Assembly (NCBI RefSeq): GCF_016127575.1
Contig: NZ_CP066019.1
Span: 2,430,001-2,462,000, forward strand
Origin: Cupriavidus necator
Lineage (GTDB): Bacteria; Pseudomonadota; Gammaproteobacteria; Burkholderiales; Burkholderiaceae
Length of the DNA stretch: 32,000 nucleotides
Direction of reading: 5' to 3'
Shown here: one piece after another, positions 1 through 8,334 of the stretch
How the letters are laid out: each line of letters begins with the position of its first letter
How positions within the stretch are numbered: position 1 is the stretch's first letter
The notes under the pieces: generated by a model
What the model was told of the DNA's origin: nothing
The model's database searches: none
Seen by the model: only the letters and a program-made list of their open reading frames with translations
Program-made: the position numbers and the translations under genes

Positions 1-558
1 CAGCAGCAGGATTTCCTCGCCGTGATCGACGGCATGACCATGGACGTGGTGCAGGACATCCGCGCCCCCGACGCGGCCACCCTCGACCTGTATTGCGATC
101 GCGTCGCCAGCGCTGTCGGCCGGCTGGCGGTGCGCGTGTTCGGCCTGGAAGAAGCGTGCGGCATCGCGCTCGCGCACCACCTGGGCCGCGCACTGCAGCT
201 GACCAATATCCTGCGCGATATCGACGAAGACGCTGCCATCGGCCGGCTCTACCTGCCGGCGGAAGCGCTGGCCGCGGCCGGCATCGGCGCGGACACGCCC
301 CAGGCCGTGGTGGCCCACCCCGCCGTCGGCCAGGCCTGCGCGGCCGTGGCGCGCGAGGCCCAGGCGCACTACGACCAGGCCTACGCCATCATGGCGCGCT
401 GCCCGTCGCGGCAGGTGCGCTCGCCGCGCATCATGGCCGAGGTCTACCACCGCATCCTGGCGCGGCTGCGCACGCAGGGCTGGCGCGCGCCGCGCCAGCG
501 CGTGCGCCTGCCGCGCGCCCAATTGCTCTGGATCTTGCTGCGCCACGCCATTGGCTGA
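1..558 (+). CDS. squalene/phytoene synthase family protein (HpnC/HpnD type), 5-prime truncated by the window edge
   Basis: Frame 1 is open from base 1 and stops at TGA 556-558. The translation (YCDRVASAVGRL...LQLTNILRDIDEDAAIGRLYLP) shows the second Asp-rich region of head-to-head isoprenyl diphosphate synthases. It lies directly upstream of shc. Confidence 0.8.
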   Translation, partial: QQQDFLAVIDGMTMDVVQDIRAPDAATLDLYCDRVASAVGRLAVRVFGLEEACGIALAHHLGRALQLTNILRDIDEDAAIGRLYLPAEALAAAGIGADTPQAVVAHPAVGQACAAVAREAQAHYDQAYAIMARCPSRQVRSPRIMAEVYHRILARLRTQGWRAPRQRVRLPRAQLLWILLRHAIG

Positions 559-617
559 GCGCTGCCCCCGATGCATGCCGGGCGCGGCCGCGCCGTGCGC
601 CGGCACAAGGAGTCTGC

Positions 618-2636
618 ATGTCGATGAACGAGACCGCCTTTGCCACGGCAGTGCCACGGATTGCGCCGGCCAGCGCGGGGGACAGCCCCGCGCCGCGCGA
701 CGCCGCGCAGGCATTGGACCAGGGCATCGGCCGCGCGATCGACGCGCTGCTGCACCAGCAGCGCCCCGACGGCCACTGGGTCTACGAACTGGAAGCCGAC
801 GCCACCATTCCCGCCGAATACGTGCTGATGGTGCACTACCTCGGCGAAGCCCCGGACCTGGAGCTTGAAGCCCGCCTGGCCCGCTACCTGCGCCGCATCC
901 AGAATCCCGATGGCGGCTGGCCGCTGTTCCATGAAGGCCGCTCCGACGTCAGCGCCAGCGTAAAGGCCTATTTCGCGCTGAAGATGGCCGGCGACGACCC
1001 CCAGGCCGCGCATATGCAGCGCGCGCGCCGGGCCGTCCACGCGCTGGGCGGCGCCGAGGCCAGCAATGTATTCACGCGCACGCTGCTGGCCCTGTACGGC
1101 GTGATGCCATGGTTGGCGGTGCCGATGATGCCGGTCGAGATCATGCTGCTGCCGCAGTGGTTTCCGTTCCACCTGTCCAAGGTCTCGTACTGGGCGCGCA
1201 CGGTGATCGTGCCGCTGCTGGTGCTGAACAGCCTGCGCCCGCAGGCGCGCAACCCGCGCGGGGTCGGCATCAATGAGCTGTTCGTCGGCAACTGCCATAC
1301 GGTGGGGCTGCCGCCGCGCGCGGCGCACCAGCACGCCGGCTGGTACACGGTGTTCCGCGGCCTGGACGCGCTGCTGCGCGTGGCCGAGCCGCTCGTCCCG
1401 CGCACGCTGCGCCGGCGCGCCATTGCCGCGGCGCAGGCCTTCGTGCGCGAGCGGCTCAACGGCGAGGACGGCCTGGGCGCCATCTTCCCGGCAATGGCCA
1501 ACAGCGTGATGATGTTCGACGTGCTGGGCGTGCCGCCCGACGATCCGGCACGCGCGCTGGCGCGGCAATCCGTCGAGCGGCTGCTGGTCGAGCACGGCGA
1601 CGAAGCCTATTGCCAGCCCTGCCTGTCGCCGGTGTGGGATACCGCGCTGGCCGCGCACGCGCTGCTGGAAACCGGCGAGGCACGCGCGACGGCCGCGGCC
1701 GGGCGCGGCCTGGACTGGCTCAGGCCGCTGCAAGTGCTGGACGTGCGCGGCGACTGGGCCGTGCGCCGCCCCCTGGTGCGCCCCGGCGGCTGGGCCTTCC
1801 AGTACGCCAATGCCTATTACCCGGACGTGGACGACACCGCCGTGGTGGCCGCCGCGATGAACCGCTACATGCGCGCGCACGATGTGCCGGGCCGCTATGA
1901 CGAAGCCGTGGCGCGCGCCGCCGAGTGGATCGTCGGCATGCAGGGCGGCGACGGCGGCTGGGGCGCGTTCGAGCCCGAGAACACGCATCTCTACCTGAAC
2001 AACATCCCCTTTGCCGACCATGGCGCGCTGCTGGACCCGCCCACCGCGGACGTATCCGCGCGCTGCCTGTCGATGCTGTGCCAGATCGGCGCCACGCCGG
2101 GCAAGAGCGAACCCGCCGCGCGCGCCCTGCGCTACCTGCTGGCCGAGCAGATGCCCGACGGCAGCTGGTTTGGCCGCTGGGGCACCAACTATATCTATGG
2201 CACCTGGAGCGCGCTGTGCGCGCTGAACGCAACGGGCCTGGCACCGGAAGCCCCCGAGATGCGCCGCGCCGTGGCGTGGCTCGAGCAGATCCAGAACGCC
2301 GACGGCGGCTGGGGCGAGGACGGCAGCAGCTACCGGCTCGACTACCGCGGCTACGAGCCCGCGCCGAGCGTGGCCTCGCAGACCGCGTGGGCGCTGCTGG
2401 CGCTGATGGCAGCCGGCGCCGCGCAGCATGCCGCGGTGGCGCGCGGCATCGACTACCTGCTGCGCACGCAGCAATCCGGCGGCCTGTGGCATGAGCCGCG
2501 CTTCACCGCCGTGGGCTTTCCGCGCGTGTTCTACCTGCGCTATCACGGCTATGCACGCTACTTCCCGCTGTGGGCGCTGGCGCGCTACCGCAACCTGCAG
2601 CGCGGCGGCGCGCACCAGGTGCCGTGGGGGCTGTGA
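618..2636 (+). CDS. shc: squalene-hopene cyclase
   Basis: ATG 618 is preceded by AAGGAG at 607-612. The 672-aa product carries the DVDDTA catalytic motif and repeated QW-type motifs (GGWG, DGSW, GGWGE). The upstream part of the 93..2636 ORF is Arg/Pro-rich junk, so the internal start was chosen. Confidence 0.95.
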   Translation: MSMNETAFATAVPRIAPASAGDSPAPRDAAQALDQGIGRAIDALLHQQRPDGHWVYELEADATIPAEYVLMVHYLGEAPDLELEARLARYLRRIQNPDGGWPLFHEGRSDVSASVKAYFALKMAGDDPQAAHMQRARRAVHALGGAEASNVFTRTLLALYGVMPWLAVPMMPVEIMLLPQWFPFHLSKVSYWARTVIVPLLVLNSLRPQARNPRGVGINELFVGNCHTVGLPPRAAHQHAGWYTVFRGLDALLRVAEPLVPRTLRRRAIAAAQAFVRERLNGEDGLGAIFPAMANSVMMFDVLGVPPDDPARALARQSVERLLVEHGDEAYCQPCLSPVWDTALAAHALLETGEARATAAAGRGLDWLRPLQVLDVRGDWAVRRPLVRPGGWAFQYANAYYPDVDDTAVVAAAMNRYMRAHDVPGRYDEAVARAAEWIVGMQGGDGGWGAFEPENTHLYLNNIPFADHGALLDPPTADVSARCLSMLCQIGATPGKSEPAARALRYLLAEQMPDGSWFGRWGTNYIYGTWSALCALNATGLAPEAPEMRRAVAWLEQIQNADGGWGEDGSSYRLDYRGYEPAPSVASQTAWALLALMAAGAAQHAAVARGIDYLLRTQQSGGLWHEPRFTAVGFPRVFYLRYHGYARYFPLWALARYRNLQRGGAHQVPWGL

Positions 2637-3319
2637 CGGCACCGTTCGTGCTGGTCGTCACCGGCATGGCGTTCGAGGCGCGCACCGCCGCCGGTCCGCA
2701 TTGCCGCGTGGTGCACGGCCTGCGCGGACTTGCACTGGAACAAGGCGTTTCCGCGATGGCAAGCCGGCACTGCATGGGCATCCTCAGCTTTGGCGTGGCG
2801 GGCGGGCTGGATCCCGCGCTGGCGCCGGGCGCCCTCGTGCTGGCGGACTCGGTATGCGCGGCCGGCGAACGCTACGACACCGACATGACCTGGACCCGGG
2901 CGATGCACGCGGCGCTGCCGCATGCCAGGGTCGGGATACTTGCCGGCGCGGACCAGCCGGTGCTTTCGGTTGCCGCCAAGCAGATGCTGCACCGGGCCAC
3001 GGGGGCGCTCTGCGTCGACATGGAATCGCACCTCGCCGCGCGCATGGCGGCGGCTTGCCGGCTGCCGTTCGCGGCCTGCCGCGTGGTGATCGACCCGGCC
3101 AGCCGCGCGGTTCCGGCTGCCGCGGCGGCAGGCATGGGTGAAGACGGCAAGACGGATGTCGGCGCGGTGCTGGGCGGGCTCTTGCGCGCGCCGTGGGAAC
3201 TGCCGGCGCTGATGCGGCTGGCGGGCGATGCGGCGGCCGCGCGCGGCGCGCTGCGGGCGGCACGGCTGGCGCTGGGGGATGAATACGGCTTGCGCGATAT
3301 GCGGACGCAGGCCGGCTGA
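2633..3319 (+). CDS. hpnG: hopanoid-associated phosphorylase/nucleosidase (HpnG-like, PNP/UDP family)
   Basis: GTG 2633 overlaps the shc stop (GTGA), implying translational coupling. The N-terminus VTAPFVLVVTGMAFEAR and the core GVAGGLDPAL...DMESH are typical of nucleoside phosphorylase-like HpnG. The position after shc supports the call. Confidence 0.75.
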   Translation: MTAPFVLVVTGMAFEARTAAGPHCRVVHGLRGLALEQGVSAMASRHCMGILSFGVAGGLDPALAPGALVLADSVCAAGERYDTDMTWTRAMHAALPHARVGILAGADQPVLSVAAKQMLHRATGALCVDMESHLAARMAAACRLPFAACRVVIDPASRAVPAAAAAGMGEDGKTDVGAVLGGLLRAPWELPALMRLAGDAAAARGALRAARLALGDEYGLRDMRTQAG

Positions 3320-3350
3320 CGTCTGAGCTGGCCGCTGGGCTGCTCAGACG
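3320..3350. terminator. inverted repeat between convergent hpnG-like and yegD-like genes (possible bidirectional terminator)
   Basis: CGTCTGAGC (3320-3328) pairs perfectly with GCTCAGACG (3342-3350), giving a 9-bp stem and a 13-nt loop. No U-run follows. Confidence 0.4.
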
Positions 3351-3362
3351 CCAGCCTGCCCC

Positions 3363-4619
3363 TCACCCAAACTTCCTCACCGCATCCAGCGCCAGCCCGC
3401 TGCCGATGCTGCCGAACCGGTCCCCTTCCACGCAACGCGCTTGCGGCAACAGCGCCGCCAGCCGCTGCCGCAGCAGCGGCACGCTGCTGGAGCCGCCGGT
3501 GAAAAAGATGGTATCGACCGCGGCGCCATCGACGCTAGCATCCACCAGCAGCTTCTGCACGGTCTGCTCGGTCTTCACCACCAGCTTGTCGATCGACGCA
3601 TCGAACTCGTCGCGCGTGATGGTCAGCGTCAGCCACTGCTCCAGCCGGTGCAGGTCCACGTCGGTGCTGCCGGCGTCGGACAAGGCGATCTTGGCGGCTT
3701 CCACCTGGATCGCCAGCCAGTGCCCGGCGCGCTCGCGGATCAGCCGCACCAGGCGGTCGAGCTTCACCGTATCGGCCGCGTCGCGGTAGTTGTCCATCAC
3801 CATCGACCACGCCTTGCGCGTATAGACCAGATTGATGGTGTGCCAGCTGGCCAGGTCGAAATACTGGCTGGACGGCATCGCCTTGCCGTTGCGCAGCGCG
3901 CTGCCCAGGCCCAGCAGCGGCATTGCGCGCGCCAGGCTGAGCGCGCGGTCGAAATCAGTGCCGCCGATATGCACGCCGCCATTGGCCAGGATGTCGTCGC
4001 GCCGGTCGCTGCGCGCGGCGCGCTCGGGCGACAGGCGCACCAGCGAGAAGTCCGAGGTGCCGCCGCCGATGTCGGCCACCAGCACCAGTTCCTCACGCGT
4101 GATCCGGGCCTCATAGTCGAAGGCCGCGGCGATCGGCTCGTACTGGAACGCGATCTCGCCGAAACCCGCGTCGCGCGCGATCTCGGCCAGGGTGTCTTCG
4201 GCGATCTGGTCGGCGGCCGGGTTCTCGTCGATGAAGAACACCGGGCGGCCCAGCACCGCACGCGAGAATTCCGCGCCGGCGGCCTGCTCGGCACGCGTCT
4301 TCAGCTCGCGGATGAAGTGCGCCAGCAGCTTGCGGAACGGCATCGCCTGGCCCATCACCTCGGTGCTGTCGTCCATCATCGAGGTGCCCAGCAGGCTCTT
4401 GAGCGAACGCATCAGCCGGCCTTCATAGCCGGCCAGGTAATCGCCCAGCGCGGCGCGGCCATAGCTGACCAGCGGATCCTCCGCGTGGAAGAAGATCACC
4501 GAGGGCAACGTCACCTTGCCGTCCTCCAGCGGCAGCAGCGCCGCCGGCCGCGCCGGATGGCTCCAGCCGACCGTTGAGTTGGACGTGCCGAAGTCCAGGC
4601 CGCATGCGTTTGACATCAT
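3363..4619 (-). CDS. yegD: Hsp70/actin-fold ATPase family protein, YegD-like
   Basis: The start was placed at the ATGATG at 4614-4619 so that the phosphate-1 motif GLDFGTSNS lies at residues 7-15. DIGGGTSD (phosphate-2) and FTGGSS (adenosine motif) are present. The upstream 45 codons of the ORF are low-complexity. Confidence 0.85.
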   Translation of the reverse strand: MMSNACGLDFGTSNSTVGWSHPARPAALLPLEDGKVTLPSVIFFHAEDPLVSYGRAALGDYLAGYEGRLMRSLKSLLGTSMMDDSTEVMGQAMPFRKLLAHFIRELKTRAEQAAGAEFSRAVLGRPVFFIDENPAADQIAEDTLAEIARDAGFGEIAFQYEPIAAAFDYEARITREELVLVADIGGGTSDFSLVRLSPERAARSDRRDDILANGGVHIGGTDFDRALSLARAMPLLGLGSALRNGKAMPSSQYFDLASWHTINLVYTRKAWSMVMDNYRDAADTVKLDRLVRLIRERAGHWLAIQVEAAKIALSDAGSTDVDLHRLEQWLTLTITRDEFDASIDKLVVKTEQTVQKLLVDASVDGAAVDTIFFTGGSSSVPLLRQRLAALLPQARCVEGDRFGSIGSGLALDAVRKFG

Positions 4620-4646
4620 TGATTCCGTTTCCTGCAAGACACCACT

Positions 4647-4677
4647 AAAAAAGCCCGCGCGCCAGCGGGCCGCGCGG
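4647..4677 (-). terminator. intrinsic-terminator-like hairpin plus U6 in the leader of the yegD-like gene
   Basis: The minus-strand RNA reads CCGCGCG-GCCCGC-UGGCGC-GCGGGC-UUUUUU. An all-GC 6-bp stem (4653-4658 with 4665-4670) is followed by A6 on the plus strand (4647-4652). The 5-prime CCGCGCG (4671-4677) can alternatively pair with 4655-4661. The element lies about 28 nt upstream of the start codon. Confidence 0.4.
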
Positions 4678-4719
4678 ACGGGGCGCCATTGTATGGCAGG
4701 TGCCGGCCAGGCGCCCGGC

Positions 4720-4748
4720 TTGACACGCCCAAACGCGGCTCCTATCCT
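4720..4748 (+). promoter_or_regulatory. sigma70-type promoter candidate for the CoA-transferase operon
   Basis: A perfect TTGACA (4720-4725) is separated by a 17-nt spacer from TATCCT (4743-4748), about 45 nt upstream of ATG 4792. Confidence 0.45.
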
Positions 4749-4775
4749 CCGCATGTTCTCTGTTAAAGATCGTCA

Positions 4776-4790
4776 TTCTGTTGTACAGAA
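4776..4790. promoter_or_regulatory. palindromic operator candidate TTCTGT-TGT-ACAGAA
   Basis: Six-bp perfect inverted arms are separated by 3 nt and end 1 nt before ATG 4792, where a Shine-Dalgarno sequence would be expected. The TGT-N-ACA core resembles GntR/FadR-type half sites. Confidence 0.3.
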
Positions 4791-4791
4791 C

Positions 4792-5991
4792 ATGAAAAAG
4801 CCACTGCGCCATATCCGCGTGCTCGACCTGACCAATGTGCTGGCCGGGCCGTTCTGCTGCCACCAGCTTGCCCACCTGGGCGCCGAAGTCATCAAGGTGG
4901 AAACCCCCGGCACCGGCGACCTGGCCCGGCAGCTGGGCGCCGATGCCGAGCTGAACCAGCGCCTGATGGGCGTGTCGTTCCTGGCCCAGAACCCAGGCAA
5001 GCAGTCGGTCACGCTCAACCTGAAGCACGCGCGCGGCAAGGAGGTGTTCCGCAAGCTGGTGCAAAGCGCCGACGTGCTGGTGGAGAACTTCCGCCCCGGC
5101 GTGATGGACCGGCTCGGGCTGGGCTACGAGACCCTGAAGCAGGACAACCCGCGCCTGATCTACTGCGCGATCTCGGGCTTTGGCCAGGACGGGCCGCTGG
5201 CCGGGCTGCCGGCCTATGACCAGATCATCCAGGGCATGGCCGGCGTGATGAGCATTACCGGCGATGCGCAGAGCGCACCGTTGCGGGTCGGCTATCCGGT
5301 CTCGGACACCATCGGCGGGCTGACCGCGGCGCTGGCGGTATCGGCGGCGCTGGCGGACCACCAGCGCACCGAAGGCTATTTCGTCGACGTATCGATGCTG
5401 GAAGCCACGCTGGCCACCATGGGCTGGGTGGTATCCAACCACCTGATCGCCGGCAAGGTGCCGGCGCCGATGGGCAACGAGAACATGACCGCCAGCCCTT
5501 CCGGCACTTTCCGCACCGCGGACGGGCTGCTCAATATCGCCGCCAACAAGCAGGAACAGTTTGAAGCCGTGTGCCGCGTGCTGGGCCGCCCCGAGCTGGC
5601 CGCCGATCCGCGCTTCGCGCAGCGCCAGGCGCGGCTGGCCAACCGGGGCGAACTGACACAGGCGCTGGAAGCAGAGCTGGCGAAGAAGCCGGCCACCGAA
5701 TGGTGGCCGCTGCTGACCGAGGCCGGCGTGCCCGCCGGCCCGGTGCTGGACGTGCCACAGACGCTGGCGCATCCGCAGGTGCGCGAGCGCGGCATGATCG
5801 GCGAATTTGCCGATGCGCCCGGCGTGGGCCGCGATATCCGCGTGGTGCGCACCGGCTTCAAGCTCAACCGCGAGGCCCCGGCCGTGGACACGCCGCCGCC
5901 GGAGCTGGGCCAGCATACGCGGCAGGTGCTGGCCAGCCTGGGCTACAGCGATGCGGACATCGACCAACTGAGCGAGGAGCGCGCGATATGA
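4792..5991 (+). CDS. family III CoA-transferase (CaiB/BaiF family)
   Basis: The 399-aa product starts MKKPLRHIRVLDLTNVLAGPFCCHQLAHLGAEVIKVE, the typical family III N-terminus. An alternative ATG at 4753 is possible. Confidence 0.9.
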   Translation: MKKPLRHIRVLDLTNVLAGPFCCHQLAHLGAEVIKVETPGTGDLARQLGADAELNQRLMGVSFLAQNPGKQSVTLNLKHARGKEVFRKLVQSADVLVENFRPGVMDRLGLGYETLKQDNPRLIYCAISGFGQDGPLAGLPAYDQIIQGMAGVMSITGDAQSAPLRVGYPVSDTIGGLTAALAVSAALADHQRTEGYFVDVSMLEATLATMGWVVSNHLIAGKVPAPMGNENMTASPSGTFRTADGLLNIAANKQEQFEAVCRVLGRPELAADPRFAQRQARLANRGELTQALEAELAKKPATEWWPLLTEAGVPAGPVLDVPQTLAHPQVRERGMIGEFADAPGVGRDIRVVRTGFKLNREAPAVDTPPPELGQHTRQVLASLGYSDADIDQLSEERAI

Positions 5992-6863
5992 GCGGCATCG
6001 AAACCAGCGGCCAGCCCCGGGATGACGCCATGGACCCGGGCCAGCGCCTGTCGCAGGACTGGTGGCGCACCGGCATCATCGACATGCGCCCGGGCGAGAT
6101 CCGCTACCGCGGCTACCCGATCGAACAACTGATCGGCCGGGTCTCGTTTGCGCAGATGATCTGGCTGATGCTGCGCGGCGAGTTGCCCGGCCCCGGGGAG
6201 GGCGAGCTGCTGGACGCGGCGCTGATGGCCGCGGTCGACCACGGCCCGCAGGCGCCCAGCATTGCCATCGCGCGCATGGCGGCCACCTGCGGCGTGGGGC
6301 TGAACAACGCCATGGCTTCCGCCGTCAACGTGCTGGGCGACGTGCATGGCGGCGCCGGCGAACAGGCGGTGGCGCTGTACCAGGACGTGGCGCAGCGGCT
6401 GGATGCGGGCGGCGCCATGGACGACGCCGTCACCGCCGCGCTGCGGCACTACCGCGACCTGCACGGCAAGTTCATTGCCGGCTTTGGCCACCGTTTCCAC
6501 CCGGTCGACCCGCGTGCGCCACGGCTGCTGGCGCTGGTCGACCAGGCCGCGGCCGATGGCGTGGTCAGCGGGCGCTACGCGGGGATCGCGCGCGCGGTCG
6601 AGGCGGCGCTGGGTGCCGGCCGCGGCAAGCCCATCCCGATGAATATCGATGGCGCCACCGCGGTGATCTATGCCGAGCTGGGCTTTGCCGCACCGCTGGC
6701 GCGGGGGCTGTTCTGCCTGTCGCGCTCGGTCGGCATCCTGGCGCATGCCTGGGAGCAGACCTGCGAGGGCGGGCGCAACAAGGGCCCGATGCCGCGCCAG
6801 TTCCTGTGGACCTATGACGGTACGCCGCAGCGCGACGTGCCGGAGCCTGGCCGGCAGGCATAA
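5988..6863 (+). CDS. citrate-synthase-fold protein, citryl-CoA lyase-like
   Basis: ATG 5988 overlaps the upstream stop (ATGA). The 291-aa product has GDVHGGAGE and GFGHRFH motifs like the catalytic His region of citrate synthase/citryl-CoA lyase, but it is short and lacks the large N-terminal domain. Confidence 0.75.
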   Translation: MSGIETSGQPRDDAMDPGQRLSQDWWRTGIIDMRPGEIRYRGYPIEQLIGRVSFAQMIWLMLRGELPGPGEGELLDAALMAAVDHGPQAPSIAIARMAATCGVGLNNAMASAVNVLGDVHGGAGEQAVALYQDVAQRLDAGGAMDDAVTAALRHYRDLHGKFIAGFGHRFHPVDPRAPRLLALVDQAAADGVVSGRYAGIARAVEAALGAGRGKPIPMNIDGATAVIYAELGFAAPLARGLFCLSRSVGILAHAWEQTCEGGRNKGPMPRQFLWTYDGTPQRDVPEPGRQA

Positions 6864-6868
6864 CCGGG

Positions 6869-8203
6869 TCAGCCGGCCAGGTCGGGCTCTGGCTCCAGCA
6901 GCGGCGCGGGCGATGCGCTCGCGGCCGCCGGCGCCGCCATGGACGAGGCCAGCACATAGCGGTCGCGCCCATGTTCCTTGGCGTGGTAGAGGGCGCGGTC
7001 GGCATCGGCAAACAACAGGCGCCACAGCGCTTCCTTGCTGCCCGGGCCGCCGCGCAGCTGCGCCACGCCAATGCTGACGCTGGCATGGCCGCGCCCGGCG
7101 GGCAGTTCAATCGCGCGCACCTTGCGCAGGATACGGTTGGCCAGCGCCGAGGCCTGCTGCTCGTCGGTATGCGGGCACAGGATGCAGAACTCTTCGCCAC
7201 CGTAGCGCCCGGCCACGTCCGAGGCGCGGCGCGAGTTGTCCAGCGCATGCGCGACTTCGCGCAGCACGGCGTCGCCAGCGTGATGGCCGAAGGTATCGTT
7301 GACCTGCTTGAAATAATCGATGTCGATCACCAGGCAGGACAGCGCCTGCCCGTCGCGCTGCCAGCGCGCCACCAGCGACAGTGCCGACATCTCCAGCGCC
7401 CCGCGGTTGAGCAGCCCGGTCAGGGCATCCACGCGCGCGCCGCTTTCGTTGTGCGCGACGATCTGCTCCATCGCCATCACGGTGAAGCCGAACAGGCCCA
7501 GCAGCGTGGCCATCAGCGGCGCCAGCAGCCAGGCCGAGCCGACCGGGCCGGCAAAGAACAGCGTCAGCGGCGCGGCGCCCGCACCGCCCGCCACGGGCAG
7601 GTTCATGGCATGGCTGAAGCCGGCCAGCTGCGTGGCCAGATGCACCAGGCTGGCCACCAGCACCAGCGGCGCGCCGATGCTGCGGCGCCCGCGCCCGGCA
7701 CGCGCCAGCGTGGCAAAGGTGCCCAGCGAGACCAGCGCCAGCAGGCCGTAGACGATGCGCAGCACCACCTGCTGCCCGTCGGGCATGCCGCTGGTGGCCG
7801 CGGTCAGGCCAAGCCCGATCACGCCCGCGGCGGCCAGCGCCGCGGGATGGGCCGGCACGCCGTAATAGACCCGCACGCCGCGGTAGATCAGCAACCAGCC
7901 AGCCACGAACGCCAACGCTCCCAGCGTGCCCAGCTGGCCGGTGCCGCTGGCCGCGCTGATGGCCAGCGCCAGGCCCGCGGCCGACACCAGTACGTGCCCG
8001 AACGCCCACAGCCGCCCCGCCTCGCTCGCGCGCAGCGCGAACACCAGCCCCGCCGCAATAATCAGCGTGCTGCAAAAAAACACCATCATCACCACCGCAA
8101 TGGTCTGCTGGTCCAGGTGCACGGGGATTTCCTCAAGGATGCCGTCTGCCGCGCCGTCATATCGAGCGGCGGGCATCAGGCCACAGGGGCGCGACGCAGG
8201 CAT
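6869..8203 (-). CDS. membrane-anchored diguanylate cyclase (GGDEF domain)
   Basis: The C-terminal GGDEF domain has an RYGGEEF active site and an RASD (RxxD) I-site 5 residues upstream. The N-terminal half has about 6-7 hydrophobic helices. The start is uncertain: ATG 8203, GTG 8212 or ATG 8176. Confidence 0.85.
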   Translation of the reverse strand: MPASRPCGLMPAARYDGAADGILEEIPVHLDQQTIAVVMMVFFCSTLIIAAGLVFALRASEAGRLWAFGHVLVSAAGLALAISAASGTGQLGTLGALAFVAGWLLIYRGVRVYYGVPAHPAALAAAGVIGLGLTAATSGMPDGQQVVLRIVYGLLALVSLGTFATLARAGRGRRSIGAPLVLVASLVHLATQLAGFSHAMNLPVAGGAGAAPLTLFFAGPVGSAWLLAPLMATLLGLFGFTVMAMEQIVAHNESGARVDALTGLLNRGALEMSALSLVARWQRDGQALSCLVIDIDYFKQVNDTFGHHAGDAVLREVAHALDNSRRASDVAGRYGGEEFCILCPHTDEQQASALANRILRKVRAIELPAGRGHASVSIGVAQLRGGPGSKEALWRLLFADADRALYHAKEHGRDRYVLASSMAAPAAASASPAPLLEPEPDLAG

Positions 8204-8334
8204 CTCTCGCACTTGTTTTCACAAAATGTGACATGCGTTGTCTTCAATGCCAGCCGCATGATAGCCCGCGCATGCAGGCGCGTGGCACCCCCGACAAGCC
8301 GGGTCGGGCCGGCTGCACACGCAAGCCCGGCGGC

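Noticed and set aside
93-617. N-terminal extensions of several ORF-track entries, for example shc from 93, yegD-like to 4754, CoA-transferase from 4516, SorB to 15952 and metY from 23179.
   Set aside because: The extensions are Arg/Pro-rich, overlap upstream genes and lack RBSs. Internal ATG/GTG starts with Shine-Dalgarno sequences reproduce the canonical family N-termini.
640-656. Sigma-54-like element on the minus strand (TGGCAC-N5-TGGCAA, GG-N10-GC spacing).
   Set aside because: It lies inside the first codons of shc and points antisense into the upstream gene. There is no downstream target gene and no enhancer-binding protein nearby.
444-2642. Very long antisense or out-of-frame ORFs. 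Examples are 444..2642(-), 5943..7025(-), 6971..8443(+), 16862..17965(-), 18266..19897(-), 21713..23290(-), 22987..24690(-), 26395..28446(-) and 29399..30997(-).
   Set aside because: Each lies opposite, or out of frame with, a gene that has clear family motifs. The translations are Arg/Ala/Gly/Pro/His-rich low-complexity strings, as expected for shadow frames in DNA of about 67% GC where stop codons are rare.
8074-8080. A7/T7 homopolymer inside the diguanylate cyclase CDS as a possible phase-variation tract.
   Set aside because: It is only 7 nt, simply encodes Phe-Phe in a transmembrane helix (VFFC), and the frame is intact.
8226-8246. CRP/FNR-like half site (TGTGA...TCACA-like) in the diguanylate cyclase upstream region.
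   Set aside because: Only one half-site matches. The partner half is GACAA/TTGTC, so it is not a credible palindrome.
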